A DNA stretch of 64,000 nucleotides from Neoechinorhynchus agilis (taxonomy: Eukaryota; Animalia; Acanthocephala). The position numbers were made by a program, and so were the translations under genes. Of the stretch, positions 35,270 through 48,030 are shown one piece after another; the stretch's first letter is position 1, and each line of letters opens with the position of its first letter. The notes below the pieces were generated by a model. That model was given only the letters and a program-made list of their open reading frames with translations, did not search any database and was not told where the DNA came from. Location: NCBI GenBank assembly GCA_051530055.1, contig CM121341.1, positions 7,542,784-7,606,783 of the forward strand. The letters run 5' to 3'.

Positions 35270-35924
35270 AACGCCGTCGCTTCTTAATATCTTTCCTTTT
35301 TTCCCGATCCGGAGGAAATCTTTTTCAACTTGGCTTTTAGACGATGGCTTCAGTGTTGTTCCGTATCGCCCTTCCAACCAAATTCGCTCGTACGCCTCTT
35401 TTTTCGATTCAACCTTGCCGATTTTTGAACCTCCACGAGTACCAATCAAAGAAACTATTGGCCAGTGGAATGAACGCCGTCGCTCCTTAAAATCTTTCCT
35501 TTTTTACCAACTCGAATGATTCGCACTCTTTCATTCGAACCTTTAATCCTGTTTTTCAACTTGGCTTTTAGACGATGGCTTCAGTGTTGTTCCGTATCGC
35601 CCTTCCAACCAAATTCGCTCGTACGCCTCTTTTTTCGATTCAACCTTGCCGATTTTTGAACCTCCACGAGTACCAATCAAAGAAACTATTGGCCAGTGGA
35701 ATGAACGCCGTCGCTCCTTAAAATCTTTCCTTTTTTACCAACTCGAATGATTCGCACTCTTTCATTCGAACCTTTAATCCTGTTTTTCAACTTGGCTTTT
35801 AGACGATGGCTTCAGTGTTGTTCCGTATCGCCCTTCCAACCAAATTCGCTCGTACGCCTCTTTTTTCGATTCAACCTTGCCGATTTTTGAACCTCCACGA
35901 GTACCAATCAAAGAAACTATTGGC
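35270..35924 (+). repeat. Tandem triplication (231-bp period) of the SUCLG2 5' leader and first 40 codons
   Basis: ATGGCTTCAGTGTTGTTCCG occurs at 35344, 35575 and 35806. The first two copies diverge after CTATTGGC and stop (..KKLLASGMNAVAP*). Confidence 0.93.
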
Positions 35925-37139
35925 GGATGGAGGCATTAATGTCCAGCGGTTCCGCGTAGTTCAGACGGCTGATGAAGCGAGTAAAGCGGGCATTGAGCTC
36001 ATGAACACGATTGCTAAAGAATTAGTGATTAAGGCACAGGTTTTGGCTGGTGGGAGAGGCAAAGGTACTTTTGATAGCGGACTCAAGGGCGGTGTCCAAT
36101 TGACGAAAGATACAAGTCTGGTAAAGGATCTCACATCCGAAATGCTGGGTCATCGGATATTTACGAAGCAGACTGGACCGGATGGTGTTGAGGTTAAGCG
36201 ATTGATGATTGCTGAAGCATTAGACATTGCGCGAGAGACATATTTGGCCATTCTACTTGACAGAGCAACAGGCGGTCCCGTGGTCGTCGGTAGTCCGTGT
36301 GGTGGAGTCGACATTGAGGAAGTAGCAGAAAATACACCTGATAAGATAATAAAGGTACCCGTTGATCCGGCCACTGGTCTCACCAAGAACCAAGCGAACA
36401 AAGTCGTTGAGAAATTGGAGTTTAAAGGAAAACAACACGAGATCGCTGTGGAACAATTGCTAAGGCTATATGAGCTCTTTATTCGAAACGATTGTACGAT
36501 GCTTGAGATTAATCCATTTGGAGAGACGCCTGATGGCCGAGTCGTTTGTTTTGACGCTAAATTAGTATTCGACGATTCGGCTGCGTTTAGACATAAGGAA
36601 ATGTTTGAACAAGAGGATCTTAATTCTTGTGAATCGTTTTTTTGTGCTTTCTTTAAAAATGCTTCATAAGAACCACGGAATCCGACCCACGTGAAGTTCT
36701 TGCGACGAAACTTGGACTTAATTTTGTTAGTCTACCCGGGGGAAACATCGGATGTATGGTAAATGGAGCTGGACTCGCAATGGCAACCATGGATATGATC
36801 AAAATGTGTGGTGGAGAACCATCGAACTTCCTCGATCTCGGCGGAAGTGTTCAGCAATCCCAAGTACGAGACGCCTTCGATGTTCTCAGAATGGACCCAA
36901 ATGTCAAAGTGATCTTAATCAACATATTCGGCGGTATTGTCAACTGTGAGACCGTTGCTCGCGGTATAATAGATGCGTTTAAAATCGCCAAATTAGAATG
37001 TCCGCTGGTCGTAAGACTTGAGGGCACGAATGTAGAAGCTGGCAAAAAACTCATCGCAGACTCAAATCTACCAATCATTCCAGCCAATGACTTGGCCGAT
37101 GCTGCTTCAAAAGCGGTTGATGCACTTAAGAAATTGTAG
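35806..37139 (+). CDS. SUCLG2: Succinyl-CoA ligase beta subunit, GDP-forming type, mitochondrial; two exons
   Basis: [92 protein letters not shown]. The EYQSKKL start matches SUCLG2 rather than SUCLA2. Confidence 0.93.
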
Positions 37140-37327
37140 TTGCAATAAGAATCGGATTCCGTTTCATGTTTGTTCTCTTCTTTTACGCTCAATTGAGGTC
37201 GCATTTTCTCTGCCGCCTTTACAACTTAATTCACAAAAAATTATTGGGAACCATTTGACAATCACATTGTCCTCATTTCTCGACTAAACTCTGAATAACA
37301 ATCGATCTGTTAAATCTATCCGTTGTC

Positions 37328-40300
37328 ATGGAAACTGAATTTCTTGAGCTCAATAAAGAGCTGTGGTTTGGTGCAAAGACGATCATGAGCAGCAACCGTT
37401 CAGGTTCGCATAAATCGTCAAGCGATCCACAGAATAGAATTGAACAAATAGTAGAAAAGGTAATCGATTTATTGAAGAAACATGGATGGCCCATCCATCA
37501 GTTTGAAGTTTTTCAGCAAAGTTATTCAAGAATTACAGAACCTTTTGAGTTATTGAGAATACTACGAGTCATCCATAAAGGTCTCTCTCGTTTTTATAAA
37601 CGTCCCAACTACGCACTCATGGCTGTATTTGACAAAATAACAGAAATAATCTCGAGAGTCCACGAAGAGCGAGATAATGTGAAGCGTCAAAATGAGAGAA
37701 CTCTTAAGATTCTCCGCAAATTAGAGCAATTATTACAAGAAATTTCGAACAAAATAAACATTGAAAGAAGTGTGCAATGCGCTATTTTAACGGTGAATGA
37801 AGCTTATGATCAACTCGAAGGTCATTCTTCTCACTTAAACAAGCTACTTTTGAAAGCTCAGTCGGTTGACTTGGTAGAAGAAGTCGAACAAAAACAGAAT
37901 CAAGCAGATGAAGCAAGCGAATGCATGGACGAGCACGTTAATCATTTCGAGGGTCTTATAAACGTGGCTGATAAACTGAAACAGGTCATTGATGATCAAA
38001 ATCGATCTAATGATGACCAATTACACGCAGCGGTTGGTTATGGCTCCTTGTTTTTGTCTGCTCTTTTCATAATCTTTTGAAATACTACTTGATTTTCCAG
38101 CCGCTTAATTGTTATCAAGTTTTTCTTTTTCGAAAATGGACACTTGGGATGTTGTAATGATAAAATCTCTATTCCGAGAGCTTTAGCCGTCTTATGGCTT
38201 CTTCATGGAGATGTGAAGTGTGTTAAAGTAGCGACATTGAAGTGTAAAAAGTTCATTGATTTTGTTGAGCAGTTCTGGGGGTTTGTCGAGTTGGCCTTTA
38301 GAAACTGTAATGATCAATCTAAACAATCCCCTTAACAGCTTTTGAGATATTGAAAACGAATTCTCCTCAACTCATTTACGATTCGTTATAAATGGCGGAG
38401 AAATAATAGTGTTTAGGAGACATCGCTTGAACTTTTGAAATGCTACTTGATTTTCCAGCCGCTTAATTGATCAAGTTTTTCTTTTTCGAAAATGGACACT
38501 TGGGATGTTGTAATGATAAAATCTTTATTCCGAGAGCTTTAGCCGTCTTATGGCTTCTTCAGAAGTGTGTTAAAGTAGCGACATTGAAGTGTAGAAAGTT
38601 CATTTTTTGTTGGTGGCCTTTAGAAACTGTAATGATCGATCTAAACAATCCCCTTAACAGCTTTTGAGATATTAAAAACGAATTCTCCTCAACTCATTTA
38701 CGATTCGTTATAAATGACGGAGAAATAATAGTGTTTAGGAGACATCGCTTGAATTTTTTTGTGTTGTGCTTTTGAAATGCTACTTGATTTTCCAGCCGCT
38801 TAATTGATCAAGTTTTTCTTTTTCGAAAATGGACACTTGGGATGTTGTAATGATAAAATCTTTATTCCGAGAGCTTTAGCCGTCTTATGGCTTCTTCAGA
38901 AGTGTGTTAAAGTAGCGACATTGAAGTGTAGAAAGTTCATTCATTTTGTTGAGCAGTTCTGGGGCTTTGTCGATTTGGCCTTTAGAAACTGTAATGATCG
39001 ATCTAAACAATCCCCTTAAAGCTTTTGAGATATTGAAAACGAATTCTCCTCAACTCATTTCATTTGGTTTAGAAACTGTAATGATCGATCTAAACAATCC
39101 CTTAACAGCTTTTGAGATATTGAAAACGAATTCTCCTCAACTCATTTACGATTCGTTATAAATGACGGAGAAATAATAGTGTTTAGGAGACATCGCTTGA
39201 ACTTTTGAAATGCTACTTGATTTTCCAGCCGCTTAATTGTTATCAAGTTTTTCTTTTTCGAAAATGGACACTTGGGATGTTGTAATGATAAAATCTTTAT
39301 TCCGAGAGCTTTCGCCGTCTTATGGCTTCTTCAGAAGTGTGTTAAAGTAGCGACATTGAAGTGTAGAAAGTTCATTTGGCCTTTAGAAACTGTAATGATC
39401 GATCTAAACAATCCCCTTAACAGCTTTTGAGATATTGAAAACGAATTCTCCTCAACTCATTTACGATTCGTTATAAATGACGGAGAAATAATAGTGTTTA
39501 GGAGACATCGCTAGAACTTTTGAAATGCTACTTGATTTTCCAGCCGCTTAATTGATCAAGTTTTTCTTTTTCGAAAATGGACACTTGGGATGTTGTAATG
39601 ATAAAATCTTTATTCCGAGAGTTTTCGCCGTCTTATGGCTTCTTCAGAAGTGTGTTAAAGTAGCGACATTGAAGTGTAGAAAGTTCATTTGGCCTTTAGA
39701 AACTGTAATGATCGATCTAAACTATCCACTTAACAGCTTTTGAGATATTAAAAACGAATTCTCCTCAACTCATTTACGATTCGTTATAAATGACGGAGAA
39801 ATAATAGTGTTTAGGAGACATCGCTTGAAGAATAGAATTCGCAGCTTTTGACCTTTCATTCTAACAATAGTAAATATCGGTTTGTTCAATCGCATATTCG
39901 TAATCTTTTGAAATGCTACTTGATTTTCCAGCCGCTTAATTGTTATCAAGTTTTTCTTTTTCGAAAATGGACACTTGGGATGTTGTAATGATAAAATCTT
40001 TATTCCGAGAGTTTTCGCCGTCTTATGGCTTCTTCAGAAGTGTGTTAAAGTAGCGACATTGAAGTGTAGAAAGTTCATTCATTTTGTTGAGCAGTTCTGG
40101 GGGTTTGTCGATTTGGCCTTTAGAAACTGTAATGATCGATCTAAACAATCCCCTTAACAGCTTTTGAGATATTGAAAACGAATTCTCCTCAACTCATTTA
40201 CGATTCGTTATAAATGACGGAGAAATAATAGTGTTTAGGAGACATCGCTTGAAGAATAGAATTCGCAGCTTTTGACCTTTCATTCTAACAATAGTAAATA

Positions 40301-42402
40301 TCGGTTTGTTCAATCGCATATTCGTAATCTTTTGAAATGATACTTGATTTTCAAGCCGCTTAATTGTTATCAAGTTTTTCTTTTTCGAAAATGGACACTT
40401 GGGATGTTGTAATGATAAAATCTTTATTCCGAGAGTTTTCGCCGTCTTATGGCTTCTTCAGAAGTGTGTTAAAGTAGCGACATTGAAGTGTAGAAAGTTC
40501 ATTCATTTTGTTGAGCAGTTCTGGGGGCTTTGTCGATTTGGCCTTTAGAAACTGTAATGATCGATCTAAACAATCCCCTTAAGAGCTTTTGAGATATTGA
40601 AAACGAATTCTCCTCAACTCATTCACGATTCGTTATTGCTTATTTCTCCACATCAATCGCTGTAATATCTTCAAAGGTCCTTTTGAACATTCTGTACAAT
40701 AATCGGGCAGTACTCAGTGGTCTCCAGGGATGTTTGGAATCAACAAATGAAGTGGTCGTAGGTGCGGCGGACCATAAAGAAGTAGTGGAAACTGAACGGT
40801 CTAAACCGAAGCACGAAGAGTCCACGGATCGAGATCTGTTCAAGGAAAACGAGACAAAATTATCAAAATACAGCAAAGAAGTACTTGATATGGAACGTCA
40901 ACTGATGCTTTTAATAAGCGATGAAAAACGAACATTGACTAACATTCACCTGTTCATTCTTTGGCTGGAACGGTTTATCCGTAAAGTATATTCGGACTAT
41001 CCAGCAACTTTGTGCATACAGTCGATTGAAGACCTCATTTCGTTTGAAATCAATAAAATCGAAAAGCTTGAAGGGTATGTGAAAAAACAAGAAATAAAGA
41101 TAAATAAATACACAAGGCCGGTTTGGAGTAGCATAGATGGATCAATTGGTGCAGAGCAACGTATATCGGATTTGACAAAGCAACTACGAGGTCTAGAATC
41201 ACGCAACGATAGCGTCTACATTGACTATAAGATGGCTCAGAAAGCGTTTGCTTACGAAGATAGGATCAAGCTCGTCAATGATCACAAACAGAAGAAGTTA
41301 ATGGAACGTTTGGTGAACAATATGAAAACGAGAGAGTGTATGCGACGGTGCCAAAGGGCTTTCTTGGCACGGTCGATGTAGAAATTACGACAAGGAGTTA
41401 AAGTGCCTTTTGGAACACATTGACGATTGTACGGAAATGAACGAGCTCTTAAAGTACCTTAGAAACGATTTGCAGCTCAATAATGAAATGGTTAATGCGA
41501 TGAGCCATAAAGTGAGAAACGCTCATAAGACTTGTAATGCGATGAGAATTGAGCGAAAGCAAATAAATAGAAAAGAGGCTGATTTATTTAGAGCACTACA
41601 GCAGGCCAAATCGAACCTGAATCTAACCAATGTTGAGATGGCAAAATGGACGGATATGGGTAAAGAGTTTGGGAAAGGGAGAAGGATTGTTCGGTTAAAT
41701 AGAAGAATGGAAAGAAAGATTGAGATACCGAGAGGTCTATTGAACACTGATTCGGTTATGGTAAAAGATAGATTGGTTGATTTAAAGAACACAAAGAAAA
41801 GAAACAGTTTAGAAGTGTTTGCATTGACCAGAAGAGCAAATATAGCCAGGATAAAGCTTAACCGAGCTCAGTTCTCATTCGTAGTAGGACAGAAAGAGCT
41901 AATGAAAGCACAAGAACAAATAAAACTAATCTGCGAGGTTGAGTGTAACTATCGCCGGTTGATGGAAGATCTTGGTTCAAAGAGTTCTATTGTACAAAAC
42001 CGGTCTTGTAATGTCAGTCGACTTAATCTTTTTAAAATTAGTGATGAAGAACTAGAAAAGAAGATTGAGAATTATTACATAAGCAATAGGCGTCTTAAGG
42101 AATCAAATCGAAACTTAAATGAACAAATCAGTAAATACAACTTTGAAGTCAAGGAGTACAAAGAAAGGATTAAAAGTGTACAAGGTTGGAAGGCACGGTA
42201 CCACGAGCGGAATCTGAAGGTAGGGAAAGCTTTAATGGAAGCTAGAGAAAATCGAAGACTTGTAGAAATCGAAGTTAATTTGAATCAGTTCATCGAAGAG
42301 GAAATGCTTGAAGCTTTAAAGCGTCGAAGGAGTATTGTGAAGCATGTACACGATACTTTTTACAGCAATGTCAAATCGATAAACGATAGTCGAAATGATT
42401 GA
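37328..42402 (+). CDS. Long coiled-coil protein, probably one gene of at least 3 exons (37328-~38030, ~40670-41347, 41382-42402)
   Basis: Three consecutive heptad-rich, same-strand ORFs. The first reads into satellite C through a hydrophobic, intron-like tail. A 34- or 46-nt GT..AG intron ending at 41381 joins ORFs 2 and 3 in frame. Family not recognised. Confidence 0.55.
38080..40635 (+). repeat. Satellite C, about 315-430-bp variable monomer, 7 copies, probably intronic
   Basis: GAAAT(G/A)CTACTTGATTTT unit starts at about 38080, 38437, 38774, 39207, 39522, 39910 and 40334. Confidence 0.95.
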
Positions 42403-42832
42403 TTTTTATTTATTAGAACTCGAAATTCGTAGAAATAATATGAATTTTCAAATATCAAGAGGGAGAGACAGGGGATAAATCTAGCGTACAAAATTAAAAG
42501 AATTTTGGTTCAATCCGATATTTCTGCACACAATTTCTCAAGTTTTCACATATTCAAACATGAACGAACTATTCTGATGCTTGTTATTCGTCGATAGGAG
42601 AAATGAAATTAAGATTTTATTGGATATTTCGATCCACTATCGCGGATATTCTTCAGCGATCATGTGTCTGGTTTCAAAAACTAAAAGAATTTTTCTGAAA
42701 TCCAATTGTTTTTGTTTATCGAATAGACCCGTCGCTCGTCGAATTTGTAGCCCATTGACGGAAGAATGCAATTGCGATTTAAAGGACACTTCCCTTTAGA
42801 CTTTTGATTCGACAGTAGAACTTCGTTTACCC

Positions 42833-45800
42833 GCTAGTCGAAATTCCAATGTTATTTAGTTTTTTAAATTTGAACTGCAGAGTTGGAGGGTGAAAATATA
42901 ATAAAATGGCTAACTCCGAATTCCATAGCTCAAGTTTCTCTTTTTTTTTGGCTGCCGTGATGAAAGCAATCCGGATAAAATTAGCGTTTCGGATAATCGA
43001 TTTTCCTTTGGATTTTTCCCAGGGAACTCGGCTGAGGTTCGTTTTCTTTGACAGCGTTTTTAAAAGATTTCATTATAAAAATCCCAAATGGATATTTTTG
43101 TTCTGGAAATTAAATACAGTAGAAATTGATTTATCCACGAATCGACTGGGACCGGACACCATTCCAATAAGAGATTTTTTTCGGATAACCGAAATCTCAA
43201 TGTTATTTAGTTTTTTAAATCACTTTTATCTGTACTCCATAGCTCAAGTTTCTCTTTTTTTAGCTGCCGTGATGAATGCAATCCGGATAAAATTAGCGTT
43301 TCGGATAATCGATTTTCCTTTGGATTTTTCCCAGGGAACTCGGCTGAGGTTCGTTTTCTTTGACAGCGTTTTTAAAAGATTTCATTATAAAACTCTCAAA
43401 TGGATATTTTTGTTCTGGAAATTAAATACAGTAGAAATTGATTTATCCACGAATCGACTGGGACCGGACACCATTCCAATAAGAGATTTTTCGGATAACC
43501 GAAATCTCAATGTTATTTAGTTTTAAATCACTTTTATCTGTACTCCATAGCTCAAGTTTCTCTTTTTTTAGCTGCCGTGATGAATGCAATCCGGATAAAA
43601 TTAGCGTTTCGGATAATCGATTTTCCTTTGGATTTACTTTAGAAACAATTTTCCCAGAGAACTCGCTTTTTGCTCGTTTTCTTTGACAGCGTTTTTAAAA
43701 GATTTCATTATAAAACTCTCAAATGGATATTTTTGTTCTGGAAATTAAATACAGTAGAAATTTATTTATCCACGAATCGACTGGGACCGGACACCATTCC
43801 AATAAGAGATTTTTTTCGGATAACCGAAATCTCAATGTTATTTAGTTTTAAATCACTTTTATCTGTACTCCATAGCTCAAGTTTCTCTTTTTTAGCTGCC
43901 GTGATGAATGCAATCCGGATAAAATTAGCGTTTCGGATAATCGATTTTCCTTTGGATTTTTCCCAGAGAACTTGCTTTTTGCTCGTTTTCTTTGACAGCG
44001 TTTTTAAAAGATTTCATTATAAAACTCTCAAATGGATATTTTTGTTCTGGAAATTAAATACAGTAGAAATTTATTTATCCACGAATCGACTGGGACCGGA
44101 CACCATTCCAATAAGAGATTTTTTTCGGATAACCGAAATCTCAATGTTATTTAGTTTTTTAAATCACTTTTATCTGTACTCCATAGCTCAAGTTTCTCTT
44201 TTTTTAGCTGCCGTGATGAATGCAATCCGGATAAAATTAGCGTTTCGGATAATCGATTTTTCCCAGAGAACTTGGCTTTTGTTCGTTTTCTTTGACAGCG
44301 TTTTTAAAAGATTTCATTATAAAACTCTCAAATGGATATTTTTGTTCTGGAAATTAAATACAGTAGAAATTTATTTATCCACGAATCGACTGGGACCGGA
44401 CACCATTCCAATAAGAGATTTTTTCCGGATAACCGAAATCTCAATGTTATTTAGTTTTTTAAATCACTTTTATCTGTACTCCATAGCTCAAGTTTCTCTT
44501 TTTTTAGCTGCCGTGATGAATGCAATCCGGATAAAATTAGCGTTTCGGATAATCGATTTTCCTTTGGATTTTTCCCAGGGAACTCGGCTGAGGTTCGTTT
44601 TCTTTGACAGCGTTTTTAAAAGATTTCATTATAAAACTCTCAAATGGATATTTTTGTTCTGGAAATTAAATACAGTAGAAATTTATTTATCCACGAATCG
44701 ACTGGGACCGGACACCATTCCAATAAGAGATTTTTTCCGGATAACCGAAATCTCAATGTTATTTAGTTTTTTAAATCACTTTTATCTGTACTCCATAGCT
44801 CAAGTTTCTCTTTTTTTAGCTGCCGTGATGAATGCAATCCGGATAAAATTAGCGTTTCGGATAATCGATTTTCCTTTGGATTTTTTCCCAGGAACTCGGC
44901 TTTGTTCGTTTTCTTTGACAGCGTTTTTAAAAGATTTCATTATAAAACTCTCAAATGGATATTTTTGTTCTGGAAATTAAATACAGTAGAAATTTATTTA
45001 TCCACGAATCGACTGGGACCGGACACCATTCCAATAAGAGATTTTTTCCGGATAACCGAAATCTCAATGTTATTTAGTTTTTTAAATCACTTTTATCTGT
45101 ACTCCATAGCTCAAGTTTCTCTTTTTTAGCTGCCGTGATGAATGCAATCCGGATAAAATTAGCGTTTCGGATAATCGATTTTCCTTTGGATTTTTCCCAG
45201 GGAACTCGGCTGAGGTTCGTTTTCTTTGACAGCGTTTTTAAAAGATTTCATTATAAAACTCTCAAATGGATATTTTTGTTCTGGAAATTAAATACAGTAG
45301 AAATTTATTTATCCACGAATCGACTGGGACCGGACACCATTCCAATAAGAGATTTTTTCCGGATAACCGAAATCTCAATGTTATTTAGTTTTTTAAATCA
45401 CTTTTATCTGTACTCCATAGCTCAAGTTTCTCTTTTTTTAGCTGCCGTGATGAATGCAATCCGGATAAAATTAGCGTTTCGGATAATCGATTTTCCTTTG
45501 GATTTAACTTTAAGAAACAATTTTCCCAGAGAACTTGCTTTTTGCTCGTTTTCTTTGACAGCGTTTTTAAGATTTCATTATAAAACTCAAATGGATATTT
45601 TTGTTCTGGAAATTAAATACAGTAGAAATTTATTTATCCACGAATCGACTGGGACCGGACACCACAATAAGAGATTTTTTCCGGATAACCGAAATCTCAA
45701 TGTTATTTAGTTTTTTAAATCACTTTTATCTGTACTCCATAGCTCAAGTTTCTCTTTTTTTAGCTGCCGTGATGAATGCAATCCGGATAAAATTAGCGTT

Positions 45801-47670
45801 TCGGATAATCGATTTTCCTTTGGATTTTTCCCAGGGAACTCGGCTGAGGTTCGTTTTCTTTGACAGCGTTTTTAAAAGATTTCATTATAAAACTCTCAAA
45901 TGGATATTTTTGTTCTGGAAATTAAATACAGTAGAAATTTATTTATCCACGAATCGACTGGGACCGGACACCATTCCAATAAAGATTTTTCGGATAACCG
46001 AAATCTCAATGTTTTTAGTTTTTATCACTTTTATCTGTACTCCATAGCTCAAGTTTCTCTTTTTTAGCTGCCGTGATGAATGCAATCCGGATAAAATTAG
46101 CGTTTCGGATAATCGATTTTCCTTTGGATTTTTCCCAGGGAACTCGGCTGAGGTTCGTTTTCTTTGACAGCGTTTTTAAAAGATTTCATTATAAAACTCT
46201 CAAATGGATATTTTTGTTCTGGAAATTAAATACAGTAGAAATTTATTTATCCACGAATCGACTGGGACCGGACACCATTCCAATAAGAGATTTTTTCCGG
46301 ATAACCGAAATCTCAATGTTATTTAGTTTTTTAAATCACTTTTATCTGTACTCCATAGCTCAAGTTTCTCTTTTTTAGCTGCCGTGATGAATGCAATCCG
46401 GATAAAATTAGCGTTTCGGATAATCGATTTTCCTTTGGATTTAACTTTAAGAAACAATTTTCCCAGAGAACTTGCTTTTTGCTCGTTTTCTTTGACAGCG
46501 TTTTTAAAAGATTTCATTATAAAACTCTCAAATGGATATTTTTTTCTGGAAATTAAATACAGTAGAAATTTATTTATCCACGAATCGACTGGGACCGGAC
46601 ACCATCCAATAAGGATTTTTCCGGATAACCGAAATCTCAATGTTATTTAGTTTTTTAAATCACTTTTATCTGTACTCCATAGCTCAAGTTTCTCTTTTTT
46701 TAGCTGCCGTGATGAATGCAATCCGGATAAAATTAGCGTTTCGGATAATCGATTTTCCTTTGGATTTCAAACTTTTCCCAGAGAACTCGCTGTGGTCTCG
46801 TTTTCTTTGACAGCGTTTTTAAAAGATTTCATTATAAAACTCTCAAATGGATATTTTTGTTCTGGAAATTAAATACAGTAGAAATTTATTTATCCACGAA
46901 TCGACTGGGACCGGACACCATTCCAATAAGAGATTTTTTTCGGATAACCGAAATCTCAATGTTATTTAGTTTTTTAAATCACTTTTATCTGTACTCCATA
47001 GCTCAAGTTTCTCTTTTTTTAGCTGCCGTGATGAATGCAATCCGGATAAAATTAGCGTTTCGGATAATCGATTTTCCTTTGGATTTAACTTAAAAACAAT
47101 TTTCCCAGAGAACTTGCTTTTTGCTCGTTTCTTTGACGGCGTTTTTAAAAGATTTCATTATAAAACTCTCAAATGGATATTTTGTTCTGGAAATTAAATA
47201 CAGTAGAAATTTATTTATCCACGAATCGACTGGGACCGGACACCATTCCAATAAGAGATTTTCGGATAACCGAAATCTCAATGTTATTTAGTTTTTAAAT
47301 CACTTTTATCTGTACTCCATAGCTCAAGTTTCTCTTTTTTTAGCTGCCGTGATGAATGCAATCCGGATAAAATTAGCGTTTCGGATAATCGATTTTCCTT
47401 TGGATTTAACTTTAAGAAACAATTTTCCCAGAGAACTTGCTTTTTGCTCGTTTTCTTTGACTGCGTTTTTAAAAGATTTCATTATAAAACTCTCAAATGG
47501 ATATTTTTGTTCTGGAAATTAAATACAGTAGAAATTGATTTATCCACGAATCGACTGGGACCGGACACCATTCCAATAAGAGATTTTTTCGGATAACCGA
47601 AATCTCAATGTTATTTAGTTTTTTAAATCACTTTTATCTGTACTCCATAGCTCAAGTTTCTCTTTTTTGG
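42833..47670. repeat. Satellite E, about 312-bp monomer, about 15.5 copies; the monomer is a stop-free 104-codon frame
   Basis: GGGACCGGACACCATTCC recurs about every 300-320 nt. The ORF track repeats the same 104-aa unit. Confidence 0.97.
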
Positions 47671-47819
47671 CGGCATTGTCTGTCTGTGAATCATCTTTGT
47701 GTTTTTTAATGGGAAATCAATTGTCCTAGAAGAGCGGTTTTCGGGATGGACCTTCTTTGTCATTCTTTTCGGTTATTCCACTTTGTGATCTTCAAAGGAA
47801 CGCTCTTTAGTCGTCTTCG

Positions 47820-48030
47820 TTAGGACGCTCCATTTATGGCTTCATATTTATTCTTCATTTATTATATTTTAACCATCATATATAGTTTTTCTTATTAAAC
47901 TTATTTTATGCCGAAGTTTTTGAGAGAGAGAGATTTCGGAATGGCGGTTTTCTACTAAAACTAAGAAGTCCGAGTTTTTCGATTACAAAACACGGTAGTA
48001 GTTGACCATCTCGGTTCCGTCAAGGACTTC
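47820..48030. repeat. Second copy of the dispersed repeat of about 210 bp
   Basis: Reverse complement of 29083-29293. Confidence 0.9.

Noticed and set aside
20690-47670. Regular repeat arrays as CRISPR loci
   Set aside because: Units are 132-430 bp, head-to-tail, with no unique spacers. There are no cas genes and the context is eukaryotic with introns.
42775-47740. Possible minus-strand gene split by satellite E with paired ends (AGGACA..TTCCC / GGGAA..TGTCCT)
   Set aside because: The pairing needs a large bulge and the flanking peptides are short with no recognisable homology.
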